64,000 bases of DNA from assembly GCA_944341445.1 (NCBI GenBank), contig CALVLZ010000006.1, forward strand, positions 2,589 to 66,588. The letters are read 5' to 3'. Shown piece by piece: positions 49,218 to 61,200 of the stretch. The DNA is from an uncultured Clostridia bacterium. GTDB taxonomy: Bacteria; Bacillota; Clostridia; Christensenellales; UBA1242. The notes beneath the pieces were generated by a model. The model had not been told where the DNA came from. It did not search any database and saw only the letters and a program-made list of their open reading frames with translations. Numbering within the stretch: the stretch's first letter is position 1; every line of letters starts with the position of its first letter. The position numbers were made by a program, and so were the translations under genes.

Positions 49218-52200
49218 ATGGGAAATTTTAAAAATAAACTATTAAGTGTTATGGCAGTGCTTTTTGGAGCATTTGTTATGTTTGTTGGTTGTGGCAAAGT
49301 GTCTTATGAAAAAATGAGCGTTGCAACAACAGTAACAACTGTTAACGGAACATTTAATGATGATGTTGAAATTGTTTTGGATGATGAAGACCAAAGCAAT
49401 AATATTTTTACTGTTTCCGCTCAAGTTTCTAACGCACCAAAAGGTTATAACGGAGAAGTTGAAATTGGTTTTGAAATAGATAATGGCGCAATTGTAAAAG
49501 CAGGTGAAAAAACATTTTCAAATGGAAAAACAGTTCAGCAATATAAAGCAGTTCAAGCAGGCTTGCAGGTTATTAGTGTTAAAACATTGCAAGGCAACAA
49601 AAGTGATAGCATAAAAATTACAGTTGTTGAACCTGTTAAATCTGTTAACTTTAAAACAAAAAATCTTCTTGTTAAAGCAGGAAATAAAATTAACTTTTAT
49701 GATATGTTAGTTTTTAACAATAACCCAAATTATTCTTCTTCAACTCAGAAAAAAGTTACATACACTATTTCGGATATTCAAGACAACATTGATGAAACAA
49801 TAATTGCAGAAATGTTACAAGAGTTAAACACAACAGGTTCTATTACATTCACAAAAGATATGAATTTGCCAGAGTTTAAAATAACAGCAACAAGTGCAGT
49901 TAATCCAGAAATTTCAGATAGCATAACTGTTAATGTTGTTGATTTTGTTGAAAGTTCTCAAGTTATTTTAAAAGCGAACGATGAAGTTTTGGAAAATAAC
50001 AATGGAGAATTTTCAATTGAATTAGCCAAGAACATAAATGGATTAAACATTGCAAATTTAGAGTTTGACTTTAATGTTGGTGAGGATAAGGATTTATACA
50101 TTGTTAAAGCAAGTAACTTTGAAAATTCAACTCTTGCATTAAACAACCTAAGCCACATTAACAAATTCCAATTAAGTGCAATTGGAGAAACTTCAGAACC
50201 ATATAAAATTACATTTACCATTTTTCATAATGACAATGTTGATGATGATTATCTAAGAACAGAAGTAACTTTAAATGTTACTGTTGTTAGTTATCCTAAA
50301 AACATAATTGTTGAAAATGAAAATGGTGAACAAGTAACAAATGTTACAATTTACAAAAATATGGCACCAGGTTCCGATGCAAAAGGTGTTCCGGTTTACG
50401 TTTATGCAATGGATAATGTTGGTTCTAACGCAAACAAAATGATTAATCAAGAAATTTTGGTAACACTTCCAATTAATAGTAAAGTTGAAGTTAGAAATTC
50501 ATCTGGCAAATTATTAGAAGGCGAAGTTGTTATTAAAACAGGCGACGTATTGTATGTTAAACACAACTATGATGGAACAGCTTTAGATTCAGAAATAAAT
50601 AATTTATATTTAAAATTCAAATCTGTTAAATATGCAAATGCATCATTTAATTTAAAACTTAATGTTATTAAAGGTGATATTAATTTATCAACAGCACAAC
50701 CAAACATTGATATAAATTTAGCACCTGTTGATATTAATATCGATGGTGAAGATGTTCATTTTGAAAATGGTTTTCAATTTTTACAAATTCAAGGATTGCC
50801 ACAAGGTTTTGATTATAAAGATTTAAAAGTTCAAATTTTAGACACTAATTTGGTTGAAGCATATGTAACAACTAACAGCATTGGTCTTAAAGGGTTGGGT
50901 AACATTGGAACAACAAAAGTTATAGTTTCAGCAGGAAACGGTTCAAGTGTAACTTTTAACATTAAAACTTTTGAAGAATTATTGGCAGATATTGATAACA
51001 CTTATATAACTTTGCCAAACGGACAAAAAATTGGTGTTTATGAAGCTAGCACAGAAGATGGCTCGCTTGAAGTTGTTGGAAATATTGTTGACTTGAATTT
51101 GCAAGGTGGAATTGGTGTTAAATTAAATTTTGTTATTAATGGCAAAACTTACACAAGCATTCCAAGTGGATATAGTCCAATTTCAAATTCAACAGATGCA
51201 AGCATTGCAACAATTTTAAACAACAATCAAATTTCAACAAGCACAAGATTTGGTAATGCTCAATTAACTTTAACTATTAAAGGCTACAACAAAAACGGAG
51301 AATTTAACAAAATTATAAAATTTGTTATTAATGTTGAAGTTGAAGTTAAAGTTAATGCATTAAAAAATAACTTGGGCACAAGCAGCGCAATAAATAAATA
51401 TTCTATTGACACTGTTGTTGAATCAGATTGGGATAAATACGCAAAACAAACTGTTGGAATTTATTTAGACCCTGCTGGATTGTTCTTTAACGAAAACTTA
51501 CAATTCGATGTTAACATTTTAAGTAATTACAACTTTAATAAACCTGTTATTGATACATCAAACGCAGGAATTACAACTTATGTGTTTAACGAAGTGAAAG
51601 GTTTGGCTTCTGTTTTTGTTGAAGTTCCAAACGAAAACACAACAACAAAAAATGTTGTTATTTATGCTTCACTAAACTCTTCAATTTCTTCAACTTTTGC
51701 TGTTACTTTGGAATTTAGTATAAGTCAAACATTTAATGATTTTTCATCAATTGTAACAGAAGTTAAAAATGTTGTTAAAACAACAGTTAATGCAAACTTT
51801 TCTCGTGCAAACTTGTTAACAAACATAACTGCACAAGTAACAAATAAAACAATTTATTTTGATACTAGAGATTTTGTTGATAGTCCAGCTGATGGTATTT
51901 ATGCTGAAAAGCAAATTAAAGTTAATGTTTTCCCAACAAACGCTTTAAATAAAAAGGTTGAAGCTTTAAGTGAATCTGAGTTTGTTCAACTAGAAACAAC
52001 TTTTGATGGAAGTTATTCTTACGTTAACATTAAGTTAGTTAAGAATAAAGAAGGTGCTTTACCAAACACAGAGAACGGCAAACCAATAAAAATTAAAATT
52101 GGTGCAGTGGATAGCAAAACATCTGGCGGTGTTTATACTATTTACGATGAAGTTTTTGTTTATATTAATGATGGAACAGCATCAAACCCATTCCAAGTAA

Positions 52201-55200
52201 AAACTGAAGCCGATTTATACAAAATTAACAATGGTATGGATAAATATTATGTTATTTTGAATGACATATATTTAAATGGTAACTACACACCAATTGGTTT
52301 GAACTCAGATGGTAGCGTAACACCTTTCACAGGTAATATAACAGGTTTAAGTTCAATCACAGTTAATGGCGCTGCAACAGGAGAAACAAATCAAAGCACA
52401 ATTCATAACTTAAATATGAATTATGCAAGCGAGCAAACTTATTATGGATTATTTGCAAGTTTAGGAAGAGATGCAGTTGTTTCTAACATTGTTTTAAATA
52501 ATATTAAGTTGCAATACAGACCTGCAGTTTTAAAAGATTTCACTAATGTTTATATTGGTGCAATTGCTGGATACTCAGAAGGCGCAACAATTCAAAATTG
52601 TTCAGTTATTGGTAAAAATGATATATCAACTTTTGAATATAGCAAACTAGCAGGCAGCGATTATGATTTCGATATTAATTTGCACGACACAAAAATAAGT
52701 GCAGATGGTTCTGCAACCTTAACAAATGCTAACTTATATGTTGGTGGAATTGTAGGTTTTGCAAATACCATTAACAATGTAACAACAAAATTGTATAACA
52801 ATAATGTTAACTTAAAAATAAGAGTAAGTGAAAATTCTGCTGAAAAAAGTTTAACAAATGTTGGTGGCGTTGTTGGTTATTTAAACGGTGGAAGAATTGT
52901 TTATAACGAAGAAAATTCAATTGTTGAAACCAGCGATGTTTATGTTGTTATTGTTGTTAACGGAGATACTTCTAAAATTTATAGTGAAGATGATTATGCA
53001 AACGCAAACGCTGTTGGTGGTGTTGCAGGTGTAATTAACTCTGCAACAATAAGCGGAGCAACTGTTAGTTCATACATTAACGCTGAGAACTTTAACTTAG
53101 TTGCAGGGGCTGTTGGTTATGTTTACAACTCAAATTTATTTAATACAACAGCAATGCCAATTATTTCTGGTTCAGATATTGTTGCAGGATTAATTGGAAA
53201 AATGTTGTTTGATAATAAAGGAAGCGACCAATACAACGCAATTGATAACAACAAAGTTGAATTTATATATAATCAATATGAAGATTCAATGTTTAATTCT
53301 GCATTAAAGTCAGCAAATGTGAGTGCAGGTTTAATTGGTATTGCTTCTAATTTAAGAATAGTAAACAACAACTTTGTTGATAATAAAGAATTAAATGTTA
53401 TAGTTTCTAACAATGCAGTTTCTGGTTACACAAGCAAAGATGCTGTAAATTATTATGGAGATATCGTTTCTTTATCAAACGAAAAAACAATTAAAAATTA
53501 TGTTGCAGGTTTGGTATATGAAGTAAATAACATTGTGTTAGTTAACAACCAAGTTATTGCAAATTTGGCGTTTGTTGAAAATGGAGTTTCAACAACAGAA
53601 TTGGAAGTTGCAGGTTTGGTTAACAAATTCAGTGGAATAAGCTCAATTATCAAAACAAGTGCAATTGTTAATTTAACTGCATTTGGAGATTATTCTAAAG
53701 TAACTTCAAGAAACATTAGTGCATTTATTTCTGACGCTGGAAATTATAATGCTAATATGGAAGTTCAACCAAACAACTTATCAGCTGATTCAACTTTTGG
53801 TGTTGGTTCAGATAATGGCAACGTTAACAAATCAAACGATGAATACACTTTTGGTGAAATTTCTTATAAATTCTTAAACTTTGAAGATGATAACATAACT
53901 TATAAAGACGAAACTAAATATGCATTTGCAGTTCAAAACAGTTTTGTTAACTTTGAAATTAAAAATTCAGATATTGGTTTAAATTCAGAAATTGAAAGAA
54001 GATTTGTTGGTAATGGTTACGAAAAAACACTACAACAAGATTATATGAATGAAGGAGTTTTAGACACTGCAAATTATAATATTATAAATGTTGTGTTTGT
54101 TAACTCTGCGTTAAATTTAGCAGAAGGAAAAGACGCAAATGGTTATGTGTTAAAAACTGTTGGTGGTTCAAATTCAACTGCTGGAAGTGCCGAAGGCGAA
54201 ATTGTTAGTGCAGTTGCTTCCACAAATGAATTAGAAAACACAAGTTTTACAAATTTAACCTCAAACATTTATACATTAAATGAAGAGTTAAATAATGCCG
54301 ACTCTGTTGATAGTGTTGCAGTTGATGTTAAAACAAATTATTTAAACACAATATACGAAGGTTCTAGCGGTTCTTCTTTGGGTTATGAAGAAGGAGAAGA
54401 AGAAAGTGTTAATACAGCCAATTGGTATGTTAACTCAGGAATAAACAATGGTGTTATAACAAACTTTGGTAAAACAAACTTAAAAGATGTTAATGGACAA
54501 CAAGTTGTTAACTTATTAACAAATTTCGCACCAAGCGATATAAACATAACTCAAAACGAAAACAAAGAAAATATTTGGTTAGTTAACGATAATTCAAATT
54601 TACAAACTGTTTTATATTATTATGATTTGAGTTCAGATAGTTACTTGCCAAACTCAGATATTAACTTAAACGATTATAATTTAAGTTCAGAACAAAAATT
54701 AAAGGCAAGCAATTTAATAAAACAACAATTGCAATTAAAGAACACATATTTATTAAGCGATGTTTTTGCAAACTTATCTTGTGTTCCTGCATTCTTAAAT
54801 ATTAACAAACTAAAAATCACTTCAAGCAATAATGCCGTTATGCAAGTTGTAACAACTGCTAACAACCAATTAGCAATTAAAGTTTTAAAAACTGGTTCTG
54901 CTGAATTAATAGTAAGTTCAATTTACGATAGAAATGTTTCAAAGAACGTTACTATTAACGTTGTTAGTGCAGTTGATAAGTTTGAAATGTTCTTAAACCC
55001 ATCTAAAACACAAGTAGCAGATGGTGAAAATGTTAATGTTATAAAAGGTAGAACTCAAAATTTATATGCTTCTAATGGAAGTTCAATAGATTTTAATGTT
55101 GTTTTAGCTGATAACTTTGGAATTGATGTTGAATACACATTCAGTTTCAACTTAAACAACACAAATAAAAGTGGTGTTAGATTCTTCTATGCTGAAGATG

Positions 55201-58200
55201 AAAAAATTTATAAAGACGTTGAAGGTTCTTCGCTAAACACAGATACAGTTAGCATTTCAATAAACAAACAAAAATTTGTTAAAGATGCAGATTCTGGATA
55301 CTACTATATTGACATTGCAAGCGGAGAAGATATTTCCGTAACCGGTGAATTGTTTGGTTCAACACAAGTTATTGCTGTTCCTTATTTGGAAGTTGGCAAC
55401 ACAAAATTGCTTGTGGTAGATATTGAAAAATTAGTAAATGAAAAAGCTCAAACAAACACTAATGCTTCAGTAATTAGCTTTAACGTAATTAACGGAACTT
55501 CAAACTTAAAAGCAAACAGAAGCGAAATAACTTTAAGTTCACAAAACTCAGATATATTTAATGTTACAATAACAACAGAAGAAGAAAGAGAAATTTTATT
55601 CTTAAGTTATGTAACAAGTTATGGGGAAATAATACTTCCTGTTAATAATGTTGATTTTGTTGAACAAGATTTAAACAGATTTAACTTTGTATCTGCTTCT
55701 AATTCAACAGTGTCAGTAACAGAGTTAAATAAATTAAATAAATTTAAGAATGGCAGTGTTTTAGCATTTAATAATATTGAATTAAGATTATTAAGTGTTA
55801 ACTATGTTGATGGTTTAAAAACATACACATTCTCAATTAATCAAACAACAAATGAAACTGAAATTTCAAAAATTAAAGAAAATTTAACAACCAACATAAC
55901 ATTCTTCACAGCAAATGTTGATTCTAAAATTGTTGTGGATAATGAAAATAGTTTAAATGTTAATATTGATTCAGTAAAAAATTATAGTCAATCAATAAAT
56001 GTAACAGTTCAACCACAAGAAGTTATTTCTCACACATTATTGCATTATCCTAATGGTGAATATGTTGTTGATGAAAACGGAAATGTTACAACAAACAGAG
56101 ATTGGGATGAAGTAGCTTACAACAATATTATTCCTTCATATAATGGAATTCTAAAATTAAATGTTTATCCATGGTTTGCAAATTTAGATTATGTTGAAAT
56201 TGTTGCAAGAGGAAACAATGATGAAAAAATGAGTTTGGAACAACTTGTTGCAGTTTATAGCAATGAATATGTTTCAAATTATCAACCAATCTACCCACAA
56301 AATGAAATTATTCAAGATGGTTATGGTATTAGATTATATAAAGCTTCTTATGTAAACTTCAATAATGGTGTAGTTGAAAGTTATGGTTTTGATGGAAATA
56401 TTTATATTAGAACTTTAATTTCTTCTACTACAGTAAGTAGCACAAGTTTTTATATAACAGTTACAGGTTATGCTGAAAACGGAACAAGCTCAACAATTGT
56501 GTTTAGTAACACTGTTGCACCTTTGCAATTAGATGTTATTGTTCCGCCATCAATTGATTTAAGCATTAATGGAGAGAAAGAAGCTCCAATTGCAATTGGA
56601 ATGAGTGCAGAAATTGATATTAAAAAGTATAACTTAGATGGAGAAGTTACTTTTGAAAAAAGCACAATTAGCGGAAATTCCTTCACAGATTTCACAGTTA
56701 CAAACAATGGTTCAACCTTGGTTGTTAATTGCCCAAGTGGTTCCTCAGTAAAACCAGGTGTTATTATTAAAATTGTTGGTAGTGGCAAAAAGGTTATAAA
56801 CAATAGAACTTATGAAGCAACAGATACTGTTACATTAATTGTTACAGAATTTGTTGTAAAGGGAATAACTTTAGAAAATGTTAACGATGGCAAACTAACA
56901 GGTTTGTTTAATCAAAAACATTTGTTAAGCATTAAAGTTCAAGCAGAATACGACACTTCTTCAGCAATTAATGCTAAATTCGTTGAAGAAAAAATAAACG
57001 CATTAAATAATTACTTAACATATTCAGTTAATGGCGAAAATTTAATGAGTCGTTACTATTTGCGTACTTATGGTGTTGGTAAAGTAATTGATACAAACAT
57101 TACACAAAATATTTCTAATAATTTTGAAATAACTGCAGAAACAGTTTCAAACAACACAAAAGCACTTTTCTTGCAAAACAAAGTGTTTAATAGTGCAGAT
57201 AGATTAGTTGTTAAAGTTAAAATTCAATATTCAACTGAAAGTTGTGATGGAGATACTAATAATTATTTCGGTGGTGTAACAGTTGTTAACAACTTAAGTT
57301 CCGCATCAGACTTCACATATGAATATGAATGTGAATTTGGATTTGGTTTTTATAGATTAAGCAATGAAGATAATCCAGACCCTATTTATAATGTTGAATC
57401 TTTAATGGGTATGCAATCTGGTGGCGATTACATTTTACAAAGTGATTTGGAATTAACAAATTGGCAACCATTAAATGTTGATATTAATTCGTTAGATGGA
57501 AATGGATATATCATCACAATTAAAAGTTTTGATATTAATGCTCAAAGCGGACAAAATAGTGCAAACATTGGATTATTTGAAGAAATTCATGCAAGCACAA
57601 CATTGAAAAATTTAAATATTAGAATAATGCCAAATGGTGGTTCAAAGTTAAACGAAAAAATACCATCCTCAAATTCAATGAGTGGAGATATTTTTGCAGA
57701 TTTAACTATTGATGCAACTGCATTTAATAATGTTAACTTTGGAATATTGGCAGGTTTCAACTATGGAACAATAACAAACTGTAACGTTGATTATGTTGCT
57801 GAAGATATAGTTGAAATTAGAGAAAGAGCGTTAAAGAACGGCAATAATAACACTGTTGATGAAGAATATATTAATAACTGGAAAAACGTTGAAAGTAATT
57901 ATAATACATTAAGAGATTTAAGTATTATTAGAGTTAAGGCAAAAGAAACTTCTCAACAATTAACTCATAATATTGCAGGTTTAGTTGGAACAAACTCTGG
58001 TTATATTACAAACTCATCTGTTGAAAACATTTCTATTTATGGAATGGGAAATTTGGCAGGTTTAGTTGCAACAAATAATGGTAAAATTAGTTCTTCATAC
58101 TATAAAGGTGCAAACATTGTTAACTTAACACCAAACACTTCATCATATTCAGCAACAGCTGGGTTAGTAGTTAATAACACTTTATCAGGAGAAATTCAAT

Positions 58201-61200
58201 ATTCTTATGCAGAAGGTAGAGAAGGTTCTTACATTGGACTTAACGAAGATGCATTAAAAACAACTGATATTGAAAAAGGATATTTCATTGTTTCAACTGC
58301 TGAAGATGATAAAACAAATTTAGATAAAAAATTATATTCTTCATATAATTTAAAAATTGCTTTATTTAATGAATTAGCAAAAGAGACACCTGAAATTGAT
58401 GATAATACTATAAATCTTGTTAAAGAATCATTGAATTTAAGAGCAATGAATAGTGCAATTGTTTCAAGCGGTAACGTTGCAAGTTTTGTTTACACAAACT
58501 CAGGAAAAGTTTCAAACGCTTATGCAAACTTTATGGTTTACACATCTGGTGCAAGTGCAAGTGGTTTTGTGTTTGAAAATAATGGAACAATTTCAGATAC
58601 ATACACTTTAAGTAGTATTCAAGTTGAAAATGAAAACTATATGCCATTCACAGGTGCAAGCAAGAGCTCTAGTTCAATTGTTATTCCAAATAACAAAGGC
58701 TCAATTTCATATTCTCAATATTTAAAATTAGGAACATCTGTTAATGAGTTAGAGTTTATTAGGAAATATGCTGATTCATTCCACGATGATAACGAACCTG
58801 CATCTTCAATTGGAACAATTGAATTTTCAGAGTATAACACATTCCAAGGTTTTGCATTTAACAATGACTTTGATAGCAACGAAAATATAACAAACGCAGT
58901 TTGGTATATAAGAACATATGAAAGAGATGAAACTTTAAAAGATAATAATAATGAATATGTGTTATTTAATAATAACTACTTCAAAACTTCAACAAACATT
59001 TTAAATAGGCCACAACTTGTTTCTGCAAACTTAAGAACTTTAAGTTTTAGAAAAATTGTAAGTGGTTCAACATCTGCTAAAAATGAATATGTTTATATGT
59101 CTTATGTTGCAGATAACTCTCCAACTTTTGCATACGGAACAAGCGGAAACCCATATTTAGTGGACTCTGCTAGAAACTTTAATATATTTGTTCAAGAAAG
59201 TTCTATTGTAGATAATGTAAATAAACCTGCAACAGATGATTCAATGGATTATAGAATTTTTAATAATTCAATAAGGTTTATTAAAGATATTTCATTTAAC
59301 AACACAGATGTTAAAGCAAACACTTATAACATTGAATATGCTGGAGACCTAGACGGTAACGGAATGCAAATTAGCAACGTAAGAATTATTGCAGATTCAG
59401 ATTTTGAAAGCCAAAATGGTCAGTTGGATTATTTGGGATTATTTGGCAAAATTGTATCGGTTGCTAATGTGAACGGTAGAATTAGTGTTTTAGATGAAAA
59501 TGGATTAGTTAACGGACAAACCGTTAAAGAAAGCGAAATTTTAAACAGAGGTAACGTTAGAAACTTAAAAGTTGAAGTTGACCAAGTTGATGGTTCTAAT
59601 GTTCATATTGTTGGCGCTCTTGCGGGAATAATAACCAATGCAGACGTTTCAAATATAACAATAACTCCTATGAATTCATCAGTTATAATAAAAGGTAAAA
59701 ATGCAGTTGGTGGTTTGGCTGGTTTGGTTAACGGAAATAGTGAAATAACAAACATTAACACAAATATTAATGTAACAGCTTCATATTTCTCAAACGCAAA
59801 TCCATTCAACAGCAACTCTGCAGCAAACTCAATTTCTAAAGGATTTAACATTTATAGCAAAACAATTTTAGTTGATGAAACAAAAGATTATGTTAACAAT
59901 TTAACAACATTAAATGTTAATGGAAAAGAAGTGGGAGTTTCTTATGCTGGTGCGGTTGTTGGTGTTTTAGATGTTAATGCAGAAAATAGAGTTTATAGCA
60001 ACATAAGTTCAAAATCATTAAGAAATTCAATGGCTAGGAAATTTGTTGTTAATGGAAGTGTAACAATAACAGGTGAAATTGTTGGTGGTGTTATTGGCTT
60101 AGTTGGCGAAAAAGCAAGTGTTAGTGATATGATTTTTGAAGTTAATAGAGATGAAACTCCAAAATTAAATGCTTCAAGAATTGCAGGTGGCATTGTTGGT
60201 GAAAACAGAGGAGAAATTCAAAGGTCATACACAACACATGAAGAAACTTGGCAAAAGCAAATAGATTCAAGCATTCAAACACAAGTTAACAGAAACGCAA
60301 CTAATATTTCTGTTGATGATGAATATAAAACTTTGTTCACAGGAAACCCTAACTATATGGGTGCATTGGTTGGATTTAACAACGATGGTACAATTAGAAA
60401 TAGTTATGCAAGAGTTAGTGCTGAAAATCCAAATGCAATGTATGCAGGTGGAATAGTTGGTATTAATCAAGGTGGAATTATAAATTCTGTTTACACAACA
60501 GCAAGCGTTGAATCTTACTTTGTTATGGGTGGAGCAATTGGTTTACAATTGCCACAAATAATTGTTCAAAATAACGACAATTCAGCAATCTATACTGAAG
60601 GTTTGTGTTTTGCTGAAGATACTAATATTTTTGACTTTAACTATGAATCAAAAAATGTTTATATAAACAAAGAATTTTTAACTAATGCAGATAATGCTTC
60701 TTCAATTAGTAACACAGTTGTTGCTGCTATGTGGAAAGAAAGTGTAACTAAAAACACAAGAAAGCAAAATATTGGAAAAAACAGTGTTATTGGTGGATTT
60801 ATTGGAACATTAATTGCTCCACGAGATCAAGACAGTGGTTTATATAATATAAATTCAAGCATTAGAACTGATGTAAGTGTAAATCGTGCAATAACAGAAA
60901 CAAACTTCTTTGTTCAACCAAAAGATGGCGGATTAGTTAACACTAATGGTGTAGTTAGAAAGTATAATGAAATCGGAACAATAAACAATGAATCTTCAAA
61001 TAATTATGCTAACAGCCAAAGTGAAATTATGGACAACAAAATTGTTGGCTCAAATAATAGTGTTGTTTCAATAAGTGATAGTGGTGAAGTAGGTTATCGT
61101 TCTGGATACTTAAAAACAACATCTGCTGTTGATAACAAAGAAACATATTACAGATATTCAAGAATGTTTAACGTTGGTTCTGCAAGAACTTATAAAGAAA